Shown: positions 8,892 through 18,063 of the stretch, piece by piece
Position numbering within the stretch: position 1 is the first letter of the stretch
How the letters are laid out: every line of letters begins with the position of its first letter
Assembly (NCBI GenBank): GCA_044345055.1
Contig: JBIJBT010000019.1
Span: 1 to 38,903, forward strand
Source: Bdellovibrionota bacterium
GTDB taxonomy: Bacteria; Bdellovibrionota_C; UBA2361; OMIW01
Reading direction: 5' to 3'
Length of the DNA stretch: 38,903 nucleotides
The notes under the pieces: model-generated
What the model was told of the DNA's origin: nothing
Seen by the model: the letters and a program-made list of their open reading frames with translations, nothing else
Database searches by the model: none
Position numbers and translations under genes: made by a program

Positions 8892-10220
8892 TTATGGCAA
8901 AAGGAGTAGCGCAGGGGTCTCAAGAGCTTCTTTGAAATGCTTCAACCAGGTTCCCGCCATTACGCCATCAATTATTCGATGATCAACCGAGAGGGTCACC
9001 CGCATCCGCTTTCCGATGGTTATGGTGCCATTTTTGACTATGGCGTCTTCGCGGGTTGAGCTGACGGCGAGTACTGCTCCCTGACCGGGATTTATCAGCG
9101 CGGTAAAGCTCTCAATATCGTACATCCCCATATTGGAGATGCTGAAGGTTCCGCCAACAAGATCGGTTGGGGAGGGGCGACCCGCACGAGCGCGATCGAC
9201 GGCGGCGCGCGCCTCGAAGACTATATCAGCGAGGGAGAGCTGGTCGGCACACCGTACAACGGGAATAAGGAGACCATCATCGATAGCGGTTATAATGCCG
9301 ATATTTATATCGTTCGGTTGAAATAGCATACCATCGCGCATCGCCGCGTTGACCCGAGGCTCCCGCGCGAGGGCGTAGGCGGTTGCTTTGATGACGAGAT
9401 GATTGATGCTGATGCCCTTGAATTCAGGCCGCGCTTTGAGGGTTTCGCGGAGACTGACCGCATCGTCCATATCGATCGTTGCGGTGGTGAAAAAGTGTGG
9501 AGATTGGGTGACGGTATCCTGCATTCTTCGGGCGATTGTCTCGCGCATCTTTGAGAGGGGGGTAAGGGTTCCGCCGCCCACAGCGGTTGGAGCTGCTGGT
9601 TTTGTTCCCGCGGGAGCTGGGGTTGGCGCTGGGGTGGCAACTGGTTGCGGGGCTGGTGCTGGAGTTGGAGCCGGAGCTGGAGTAGCTGTAGGTGCGGAAG
9701 CTGAAACGCCGAGGTCTTTGCTTACGATCCGGCCGGCGGGGCCAGTGCCGGTGATGCCGTGAAGATCTATGTGGTGTTGTTCAGCAAGTTTGCGCGCAAG
9801 TGGTGAAGCTTTTACTCGGTCGGAAGACGAGGCGGATGAAGCGGCGGTAGGCTCATGAGCCGTTGCTGCCGGAACAGCGGGGCTCGGAGTAGGAGCGGCG
9901 GTCTGCGTTGATGTTGAAGCGGGTGATGAGGAGAGGGTTGCGGCGGGCGCGACAACCGAGGTTGCTCCAGCTGCCGTCTCGTTTGGTTCACCAACAATCG
10001 CTATCACCTCGCCGACCGTTGCGGAGGACTCTGCTGGGACGAGAATTTTCAGAAGTGTACCCTGATGGAATGCTTCAATTTCAAGATTTGCCTTCTCCGT
10101 TTCAACCTCTGCGAGCACGTCGCCCCGCTTTACGATGTCACCCTCCTTTTTATTCCAGGAGAGTATTTTTCCTGCGTTCATCGTGTCGCTGAGCTGGGGC
10201 ATTTTAATATCGATGGCCAT
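8892..10220 (-). CDS. pdhC: Dihydrolipoamide acyltransferase E2 (pyruvate dehydrogenase-type)
   Basis: Lipoyl domain 'EVETEKA', Ala/Pro linkers, E3-binding 'ASPLARKLA...GTGP.GRI', catalytic 'DHRIIDG'. Confidence 0.9.
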   Translation of the reverse strand: MAIDIKMPQLSDTMNAGKILSWNKKEGDIVKRGDVLAEVETEKANLEIEAFHQGTLLKILVPAESSATVGEVIAIVGEPNETAAGATSVVAPAATLSSSPASTSTQTAAPTPSPAVPAATAHEPTAASSASSSDRVKASPLARKLAEQHHIDLHGITGTGPAGRIVSKDLGVSASAPTATPAPAPTPAPAPQPVATPAPTPAPAGTKPAAPTAVGGGTLTPLSKMRETIARRMQDTVTQSPHFFTTATIDMDDAVSLRETLKARPEFKGISINHLVIKATAYALAREPRVNAAMRDGMLFQPNDINIGIITAIDDGLLIPVVRCADQLSLADIVFEARAAVDRARAGRPSPTDLVGGTFSISNMGMYDIESFTALINPGQGAVLAVSSTREDAIVKNGTITIGKRMRVTLSVDHRIIDGVMAGTWLKHFKEALETPALLLLP

Positions 10221-10339
10221 CGGAGAAGCTCTCTAAAAAATTCTTTGAAGAAATACACCACAAGAGGGAAAGAGGAGGTACATCATAGCGGCCTCCGGCG
10301 CACGGCTCGCGGTTTTGCACTGCGCGCGCTCCCCACAGG

Positions 10340-10369
10340 AATAAAAAGGGCCGGCGATGTGGCTGGCCC
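10340..10369 (-). terminator. Intrinsic-terminator-like hairpin with U-tract, ~120 nt upstream of pdhC
   Basis: Minus strand GGGCCAGC-CACATC-GCCGGCCC (one mismatch) followed by TTTTTATT. Confidence 0.5.
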
Positions 10370-10584
10370 ACCCGACCCGAGATAATAGTAGATTTGAGAG
10401 GCGGCGACAAATCGGCCGGCTTGGTCGAAAAAAGAGGGGGCTTCTCATGGTCAGCGGTAAGGAAGGTCCTTAGGGCGTTTGAGAAAATCTTGATAGCTCT
10501 CGCGCTTCAGACCTGAATCCGCCTACACTCTACAGAATCTGTTGTGTGTAACGCGGCCTTGCTCTTTTTTTACTGGATGGTGGG

Positions 10585-11877
10585 ATGGATATCCAATTTC
10601 AAGATGCAGAATATTCTTCCAGCCAACAAGAGGATCTCTCCGTATCACAGCTTCTCGATTTTACAAGCGCTATCCTCGATGAATATGTTGGTTCAGTTAC
10701 ATTTCACGGTGAAATTCACGAAGTAAAGGTCGCTGGTTCGGGGCATCTTTATTTTACTCTGAAGGATGCCAACGAAGGTGCGCAGGCGGCTGTTTCTTGT
10801 GTGATGTGGCGGAGTGCGGCGGCACGATTGGGATTCCGTCCTACGGTGGGGCTTGCGGTTTCGTGTGTGGGGCGACCGACCGTTTATCGAGCCCGTGGTC
10901 AGTTCCAGATTGATGTGCGGAGCATGAGTCAGGCTGGGGACGGAGCGCTCCGGAAGCGATTTGAAGAGTTGCGAGCAAAGCTTGAAAAAGAGGGTTTATT
11001 TGATCCGACGAGAAAACGGGCTATTCCGGGGATGAGTCGATGTATAGGGGTGGTGACCTCAGCAGCGGGCGCAGTACTACACGATATCGCCGCAACGGTT
11101 CGGCGGCGAATGCCGTCTTTGCGGATCGTTTGCGCTGATGTGAGAGTGCAGGGTAGGGGAGCGGCTGAGGAGATTGTTCGTGGGATTGAACTTCTCAATA
11201 CCGTTGATGAGGTTGAGACCATCGTGGTTGCGCGTGGTGGAGGTTCGCTCGAGGATCTATGGGCATTCAACGAAGAGCTGGTGGTACGAGCGATTTTTGC
11301 CTCGAGAAAACCGGTAATCTCCGGTGTCGGCCACGAGGTCGATGTAACCCTGGCTGATTTTGCGGCTGACCTAAGAGCGCCAACACCTACGGCTGCTGCT
11401 GAGATAGTTGCAGCAGACAGAAGGGAGCTTCTCGGTGGGTTAGAAATGGTCGCAGCTCGATTGCTGAGGTCAGATAGGTGGCTTCGAGATCGAGAGCGTT
11501 TTGTGGATCAAGCTGAGGACTCAATTGAGAGTGCGCTCGATGAGAAGATGCGCCGAGTGAGATCGGATCTTTCGACAGCAGCACTTCTTAATCAGTCGAT
11601 TCAACCTGATCGCCGAATTGTGCACGCTAGAGAGCATCTTGAAAGGACTAAAAGCGATCTTGGACGGGCGATTGATTCCGCTATCAATGGACAAAATCAA
11701 AGAGTAAGCCAACTCGAAGGGGTATTGTTAGCTATTAACCCACAACGCGTTCTGGATCGTGGATTCGCATTAGTATTTCGGGATGGTCATGTGATAGAGA
11801 GTGTCGAAAAGCTGCCGCAAGAGGGCTCAGTGGCGGTGCGTTTCAGAGATGGTGAGCGCGCGGTTTTTGTATATTAA
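10585..11877 (+). CDS. xseA: Exodeoxyribonuclease VII large subunit
   Basis: OB-fold 'SGHLYFTLKD', 'ARGGGSLEDLWAFNEE', 'SGVGHEVD.TLADFAADLRAPTPTAAAE', 'VLDRGFA'. Confidence 0.96.
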   Translation: MDIQFQDAEYSSSQQEDLSVSQLLDFTSAILDEYVGSVTFHGEIHEVKVAGSGHLYFTLKDANEGAQAAVSCVMWRSAAARLGFRPTVGLAVSCVGRPTVYRARGQFQIDVRSMSQAGDGALRKRFEELRAKLEKEGLFDPTRKRAIPGMSRCIGVVTSAAGAVLHDIAATVRRRMPSLRIVCADVRVQGRGAAEEIVRGIELLNTVDEVETIVVARGGGSLEDLWAFNEELVVRAIFASRKPVISGVGHEVDVTLADFAADLRAPTPTAAAEIVAADRRELLGGLEMVAARLLRSDRWLRDRERFVDQAEDSIESALDEKMRRVRSDLSTAALLNQSIQPDRRIVHAREHLERTKSDLGRAIDSAINGQNQRVSQLEGVLLAINPQRVLDRGFALVFRDGHVIESVEKLPQEGSVAVRFRDGERAVFVY

Positions 11878-11918
11878 GGGCTGAAAAACGAGTTTGCTGA
11901 CTTTTATCATTGTCTCTC

Positions 11919-13925
11919 TTAATTGAATCGAGCTGCGTTGCAAAGTTTGATGAGCTTTTCGAATTGTAAATTAGTTAATCCATAGAGCTTGCGGATATAA
12001 TCATCAACGGCGCGATCTCTTTCTTCTCCGCTATTTCCTGAAACAATCTGGGCGAGTTCTGCGGAATGCGCTTCAAACTTATCAGGGATTGGAATATCTT
12101 TTAGATCTTCGCATACTAATTTTGGAAATAAACGCCGCTGAGTTTTACGGCCGAATAAAAGAAGATATGCACTCATCAGGGACGAATTAAGGAGTGCGGA
12201 TAGTGCAAGAGCGAGCTCGGATTTTGTCGGGTGGTGGGAGTCACGCTTAGGGGCTGTTACGATGATGTGAAGAAGGGAGCGGTTATAAAAAAGAGGATAA
12301 TCAACGGCACAACACCGAAGGAGGTGTGGTAGCTCGGCAACGATTTCACGAATTACGACTCTTGGCTGTTCGTAGTGGATGCGGTGTCCTGGATCGGCGA
12401 GCCATGGTCCGTAATTAAGGTAGTTATCTGAGCAGTTTACTTGATAGCGATCGACCTCTCTCCCCAGGAGAAAGGGAACCCATGAATCACCTTTCGGAGC
12501 ATTGTCGTGAAACCTCCGCTCTAAAGAGTGAATTTTTTCCTGGGGGGGAGATCCTTTTCCAACGGCATACTCCTGCATCGCAATTAGCGGTCGAAAAAGA
12601 TTAGGGAGATGGCGGATTAAGGTGGATCGTTCCTCAATTACAGAGATTAATTCATCCAATTTCTCATTCCACCAGAGAGGTATAATATGTCCGCTTTTCT
12701 CGAGAATATTCTCTGTTTGGATTATTCCTGGCCTCGATTCTATTTCAGCTGAGCTTCCAAGTCGAACTAGTTTTATCTGACGATGGGCTCTAGTTTTAGT
12801 GAGATAAATCGTCACCGTTTCAACCCCGGCACAATCAAAGGTGCGGGGAGGATGTGTCTCTATTTGATAAATAGCTCCTTGCTTGAGAAGGGAAGACCGA
12901 ATCTTTTGACCAGAGAGGATGCCGAGCCATGCGTTCGGAGTAATAAAAGCCATCACTCCTGCTGGCTTTAGTGATGAAAAAGCAGTCACTAGAAAGGGAA
13001 GATAGCTGCTGATATTCCCGCTGAGTTCATTGGGAAAGCGAGATTTAAGGGTTTGGATCTGAGACTCAGGAAGCCGTCCATCACGGCTGAGACCAAAAGG
13101 AGGATTTCCAATAATCGCAGCAACAGATTCAGGCGAGCTGAATCTGTTGCTGATAGAATTCTGCGATGGAAAGAGATAATCATCATGGATTAGTGTGGTT
13201 CCATAAAGAGAAGGAATATCTTGAGGCGCGATTGTGGGAGCGTATCTAGCAAGCGTGCTGAGCAGCGAAAATTCAGCCAATAGGAGAGCGTCCTTATTGA
13301 TGTCAATCCCGATAAGCTGCTCGCTCACAATTCTTACGAGAGTGCGCTGAGTGGCACCTCCCAAAGCGATACTAGACAAGAGAGCAACGAGGAGATTGCC
13401 CGACCCGCAGGCAGGATCGAGATAGTAACCTGACTTTTGAGTGGCAATATAAGGGGCGAGTAAACAGAGCTCTGATGCAATATGATCGCTGAGCCATGAT
13501 GGTGTATAAATCGAACCTGTTCGCCAAATAATCTGAGTATCGAGGCGATTGGTAAATAGCTCGGTAGGTGAGCTTGATATTGAGGAGCTAGCTTTTCGAA
13601 CCTTAGCCAGATTTAAACGTTTAGCTGAGACTTCGAGGTGCTCTGTTGTAAGAGAGAGAGCTCGGGCAAAAAGTGAGCAAGGAATACGCTCATGTGCTAC
13701 CGTAAGGAGGTCGCGTATTTGCTCTCCAGTAGCTCCGGCATTTGGTACAATCAATGATGTTCTTTGATTGGCCTTTGGTCTATTTATCAGTTCCTTGATG
13801 GTCGTCAAAGCGCAAGAAATCGAAACCTCTAAAAGCAGTTCGACGGTCTTAGATGTGTTCTGCGGTTCGAATAGTTCTTCGTTGAGTTCGATTTGGTGGG
13901 ATCCTAAGGAGCTAGTGGTCGTCAT
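11919..13925 (-). CDS. N6-adenine DNA methyltransferase, gamma class (Eco57I/TaqI-like with TaqI_C-type specificity domain)
   Basis: Motif X 'GSIYTP', motif I 'LDPACGSGNLL', motif IV 'IIGNPPF', 'FITPNAWL', and C-terminal 'LLGREVDRY...LLNSSL' typical of TaqI_C. Confidence 0.85.
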   Translation of the reverse strand: MTTTSSLGSHQIELNEELFEPQNTSKTVELLLEVSISCALTTIKELINRPKANQRTSLIVPNAGATGEQIRDLLTVAHERIPCSLFARALSLTTEHLEVSAKRLNLAKVRKASSSISSSPTELFTNRLDTQIIWRTGSIYTPSWLSDHIASELCLLAPYIATQKSGYYLDPACGSGNLLVALLSSIALGGATQRTLVRIVSEQLIGIDINKDALLLAEFSLLSTLARYAPTIAPQDIPSLYGTTLIHDDYLFPSQNSISNRFSSPESVAAIIGNPPFGLSRDGRLPESQIQTLKSRFPNELSGNISSYLPFLVTAFSSLKPAGVMAFITPNAWLGILSGQKIRSSLLKQGAIYQIETHPPRTFDCAGVETVTIYLTKTRAHRQIKLVRLGSSAEIESRPGIIQTENILEKSGHIIPLWWNEKLDELISVIEERSTLIRHLPNLFRPLIAMQEYAVGKGSPPQEKIHSLERRFHDNAPKGDSWVPFLLGREVDRYQVNCSDNYLNYGPWLADPGHRIHYEQPRVVIREIVAELPHLLRCCAVDYPLFYNRSLLHIIVTAPKRDSHHPTKSELALALSALLNSSLMSAYLLLFGRKTQRRLFPKLVCEDLKDIPIPDKFEAHSAELAQIVSGNSGEERDRAVDDYIRKLYGLTNLQFEKLIKLCNAARFN

Positions 13926-14016
13926 AAGAGTAAAAGCAGAACACTCGAGCGAGGCTCCTTCTAGCTTTGCACGAGATTTGAATTAAGTAAATTAAGTGCG
14001 TGTGCGCCCTTTTTAG

Positions 14017-14973
14017 ATGAAGCAGCTGATGAGCTCTAAGGTAGAACTGCATAAAAAGTTTAAGAGATGGCTCCTGCGCTCGATTGAGCGTCCTATTAGC
14101 GGTGTCTTGCGGATTATTGATTACATTCCTCATTCCATCCGCGTAGCTGTTCTGACCGTAGTATATTGGACGCTAGTAACTCTCAGCTCCCGGTATCGAA
14201 AAATTGCATACCGGAATATCGGGCAGGTTTTTCCAGATCTGGATGCATCAGGGAAAAGGGCTCTGCTGTTCGCTTCCGCCCGACCTTTTGCTCGGATGGT
14301 AAGCGATCTTCTTCGCATAAGCTCAATCGACGCGAGCTGGTTTGAGGAACACGTTGTGATAGAGCGTTTAGATGAATTGCGATCAATTGTCGCAAAGCAG
14401 CCAGTGCTCTATCTCGGAGGACACATCGGGAGCTTTGATTTAATGATTGCTGCTTTTGGAAAGTTTGTTCAGTCGATTAACTTTATTGTCCGTGAAAGTC
14501 AGTCACCTGCTGTTGAAGAGTGGAGCACAAGAGTACGGACTAGGTTTGGTAACGGCGTTATTTCAAGGTCTGGTGGACTGCGAAAAATTTTATCGCAGTT
14601 GATAAAGGGGCGATCGGTCGGTTTCCTATTTGATCAAAATGTTACGAGAAATAATGCAGTGTTTGTTGATTGGTTTGGTCGTCTAGCGGCAACCACTGTC
14701 GCGCCAGGTCTTGTCGCTGAAAAGATGAGATGTCCCGTTATTATCTTATCGAGTCGGTATGAGGGTTCAGATCGATATACTATTCGGTGGCAGCAGCTCG
14801 ATCATAATATTATTTATGACAACGCCTTATCAGTGGGCGAAGTTAGAAAAAAAGTAACTTCTGAGGCGGTTAAGGCGCTGGAGAAGATTATTCGGGAACA
14901 GCCTGAAGATTGGTTTTGGCTTCATCGACGATGGAAGACCTCACCCGAGGGGACGCAGGAGGATTTTTATTAG
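14017..14973 (+). CDS. Lipid A late acyltransferase (LpxL/HtrB family)
   Basis: HX4D motif 'GHIGSFD', 'LFDQN...VDWFG', C-terminal 'PEDWFWLHRRWK'. Confidence 0.88.
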   Translation: MKQLMSSKVELHKKFKRWLLRSIERPISGVLRIIDYIPHSIRVAVLTVVYWTLVTLSSRYRKIAYRNIGQVFPDLDASGKRALLFASARPFARMVSDLLRISSIDASWFEEHVVIERLDELRSIVAKQPVLYLGGHIGSFDLMIAAFGKFVQSINFIVRESQSPAVEEWSTRVRTRFGNGVISRSGGLRKILSQLIKGRSVGFLFDQNVTRNNAVFVDWFGRLAATTVAPGLVAEKMRCPVIILSSRYEGSDRYTIRWQQLDHNIIYDNALSVGEVRKKVTSEAVKALEKIIREQPEDWFWLHRRWKTSPEGTQEDFY

Positions 14974-14986
14974 TGTTTTAGATTTT

Positions 14987-15192
14987 GTAACTATTCACCC
15001 CTATAATTCCCAATAACCTCCCACAACCCCTTAGGGGTGGCGGGCGAAAGCCCGCCGGGGGGAAACAACTAACTATTCAGCAAAAAACTGCCGACGAGCG
15101 TTGAGCGAGTCGAGCCACCCAAATCACCACTGCGTTTCATGCTTTTTATGTCTTTCAAATGACTCCTTTACAAAGGTGGGCTGAATAGTTTC
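14987..15192. mobile_element. Non-autonomous MITE-like element with IS66-type ends
   Basis: Terminal inverted repeats GTAACTATTCA / TGAATAGTTTC (1 mismatch), flanked exactly by the 8-bp direct repeat TAGATTTT (14979-14986 and 15193-15200). Internal second end TAACTATTCAGC at 15070-15081. No transposase. Confidence 0.75.
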
Positions 15193-15532
15193 TAGATTTT
15201 TATCACATTCTCGGCAATTATAGGTTTTATTTTCGACTTTGAACGGTAATTTCGCGACATTCAGAGAGTATAACTTCTCAGTAGAATGTGATTTTTTATT
15301 CCAGAAACTGGGTTTGTGAGTCGACTACCGTAACGGGTCGTTAGTGCATTGGACGGCGACCGCAAGAAAAGTTACGAATAAGCCCTCTGAATGCAACGCC
15401 GTGTTAATACTTTCAGATTCTGTTCGAGACTCTTATTAGTAGAGTGGCGCCGGACTTTTATCTTTAGTCTTGAGAGAGAAACACACCAACAGTCTACCCT
15501 GCACCACAACGGGATAAGCGAACGGGGGGGCG

Positions 15533-17971
15533 ATGCTTGAAAGCTTAAAGCGTCGATACGCAACAGCTCCTTTGCAGACCAGAATATTCATCCAGTACGG
15601 CTCAGGGATGATAACGGTCATGAGTGCTTTGTTAGTCCTATTTTTTTTCTATGAACAGCTAAGGATTAGAGAGGATTCTCGCTATCGCTTGCAACGAATC
15701 ACACGAACGATAGGTGAATATATCTTATCTCATACTGCTAACGGCTCTATATCTCTAACGAACAACGATCTCAAAAACCTCTTAGTTGCGGATGAATTTT
15801 ATGCAGTTCGTGTGTTCGGTACATCGAAGGCATTGATAGCGAGCTTTGATAGTAGCGCATCAGCGCAAGGAGTTGTTGATCCTGATTTAGAGGGAGATGA
15901 ATTTGGTTGTTCTCTGACGAGCAAAATCTCTTACCTGAGAACTCCGATCAAATCTGGTTCGCAAACAATCGCAACAATTTGGGTTTCTCGTCAGCTTACA
16001 GCAGATCTATATCGCCTCATTGTTACTTTGATAATCGGATTTAGCATCGTTCTTCTTTCGATATCGCTGACGATAGGCACATCCAATCGATCCGAAGATT
16101 TCATTATGGGACCGATTCTGGATTTAGTTGGAGTAATTGAAAAGGTCTCTCTTGAGTCTAATTACCGACTTAGAGCAGTTCGGCGTACCGATGATGAGGT
16201 GGGATTATTGGTGGATTGTTTCAACCTAATTCTATCAGAGATTCAGTTGAGAGAGTTGGAGCTGCTCGAAAATCAGAACCACCTTGAGGCAGAAGTCCGG
16301 AGGAGAACAACACAGCTTGCAGAGCAAAATCGTGAGCTTGAGGTAGCAAGAGCATCTGCAGAGGCTGGCAGGATGGTTGCAGAGCATTTGAGTCGCACGA
16401 AAGGTGATTTTCTGGCCAATATGAGCCATGAAATTAGAACGCCACTTAATGGGATAGTTGGAATGAGTGAGTTAGCGCTCGGTGCGGATCTTACCGAGGA
16501 ACAGCGCGAATACATTGAAACTGTCAATGCATCCGCCAAAATGCTGCTAGATATCATTAATGATATTCTCGACTTTTCGAAGATTGAGGCTGGTAGGATT
16601 GAGATTGAAAGCGTTTCATTCTCTATTCGGGATGTCGTTTCGGGTATCATGCGAGCTCTTGCATCAGCTGTAACATCGAGGCAGATCGAACTTTTTGCCG
16701 ATATAGATCTGAGGATTCCACGATTAGTTGTAGGCGATCCGACGAAGGTCAGACAGGTCCTTACCAACTTGGTTGGAAACGCGATCAAATTTACCCACGT
16801 TGGACAGGTTGTTATTAGAGTGCGTTTGGCGAGTTCACGACGTGATGAACTAGAGGTTAGCTTTGAGGTTCAGGATTCGGGGATTGGAATTCCAGCTAAA
16901 AAGCTTGCAGAAATTTTTAATCCATTTGCGCAGGGAGATACCTCTACAACTCGAAAATATGGCGGCACTGGCCTCGGATTGAGCATATCTCATCGGTTGG
17001 TTGAAGCGATGGGGGGGGAGCTCGAAGTTGTAAGTAGAGAGGGAGTTGGCAGTACATTTTCCTTTTCACTACCTTTTGCAACAACGCCAACTAGTGATTC
17101 GATCAATCGAACCCAATCGCATGTGCCTGATGCAAGGTTGATTGCTTATGATACTCATCCGGTAAGTAGGGGGATTTTAGAGAGAGAGCTTAAAGGGCTA
17201 GGAGTAAGTCTAGAGATGCTTCACGACAGGAGGTCACTCGAAGATGCTCTATTTCATATAAAGCCCGATGAGCGTGTTGTTCTTTATCTTGATCTTCATC
17301 GGAATACTCAGGAATTTGCAGATGTTCTCGAACTAATTCCTACAAATAGAAGCGGTTTGGCGCCTCGATTTATATGGGCATCACCGATAGACACGCTCAC
17401 CGCGATCCCGAGTGATAAGAGAGCAGTCATCGTTCCAATTGTTTATCCGATTATTGGAAGCGCGTTGAATGACGCTATCAAAAGGTGTTGGCACGAAAAT
17501 GGCCAACTCCCGAAGACACCTGTTAGCTTGACGCCCGAACCTATATTAAGTTCTAATTCGCTTAATGTTCTAGTCGCCGAGGATAATATCGTTAATCAAC
17601 GGCTTATTGCGCGACTTTTGCAAAAATACGGCCATGAAGCAATACTTGTTTCGACTGGTGAGGAGGCGATTTATGCTCTTGAACGCCGAGGACAGTTGGG
17701 CGGTGAGTCGATTGAGTCTCCACCATTTGATCTTCTGCTGATGGATATTCAGATGCCGGTGATGGGGGGAGTGGATGCAACCAGAATAATTCGGGAGCGT
17801 GAAAACAGTCTAGCTACACGGATTCCTATTGTTGCTTTGACAGCAAATGCAATAGCAGGGCAACGCGACGAGTACCTGAGTGAAGGCATGGACGAATACC
17901 TCTCAAAGCCGATAAATACTGAGGAGCTAAAACGTATTTTGGCACTTTTCCCTCCGCAAAGGCTTAATTAG
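15533..17971 (+). CDS. Membrane hybrid sensor histidine kinase / response regulator (BarA/RcsC-like architecture)
   Basis: Two TM segments, HAMP ('[11 protein letters not shown]'), H-box '[15 protein letters not shown]', N box '[10 protein letters not shown]', G boxes 'DSGIGI' and 'GGTGLGL', a degenerate REC, and a C-terminal REC 'AEDN...LMDIQMP.MGG...SKP'. Confidence 0.93.
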   Translation: MLESLKRRYATAPLQTRIFIQYGSGMITVMSALLVLFFFYEQLRIREDSRYRLQRITRTIGEYILSHTANGSISLTNNDLKNLLVADEFYAVRVFGTSKALIASFDSSASAQGVVDPDLEGDEFGCSLTSKISYLRTPIKSGSQTIATIWVSRQLTADLYRLIVTLIIGFSIVLLSISLTIGTSNRSEDFIMGPILDLVGVIEKVSLESNYRLRAVRRTDDEVGLLVDCFNLILSEIQLRELELLENQNHLEAEVRRRTTQLAEQNRELEVARASAEAGRMVAEHLSRTKGDFLANMSHEIRTPLNGIVGMSELALGADLTEEQREYIETVNASAKMLLDIINDILDFSKIEAGRIEIESVSFSIRDVVSGIMRALASAVTSRQIELFADIDLRIPRLVVGDPTKVRQVLTNLVGNAIKFTHVGQVVIRVRLASSRRDELEVSFEVQDSGIGIPAKKLAEIFNPFAQGDTSTTRKYGGTGLGLSISHRLVEAMGGELEVVSREGVGSTFSFSLPFATTPTSDSINRTQSHVPDARLIAYDTHPVSRGILERELKGLGVSLEMLHDRRSLEDALFHIKPDERVVLYLDLHRNTQEFADVLELIPTNRSGLAPRFIWASPIDTLTAIPSDKRAVIVPIVYPIIGSALNDAIKRCWHENGQLPKTPVSLTPEPILSSNSLNVLVAEDNIVNQRLIARLLQKYGHEAILVSTGEEAIYALERRGQLGGESIESPPFDLLLMDIQMPVMGGVDATRIIRERENSLATRIPIVALTANAIAGQRDEYLSEGMDEYLSKPINTEELKRILALFPPQRLN

Positions 17972-18063
17972 TTTGACCTTTTTGAGTATGTTGAGCGAAT
18001 GCTTTGTCTATCAACTTACTCTTTTTACACCCAGCCACGATTTATACCTAACCAATAGCGCCT

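Noticed and set aside
9580..9980. Repetitive GCT/GGA/GGT-rich DNA in pdhC
   Set aside because: Ordinary Ala/Pro/Thr linkers of E2 subunits.
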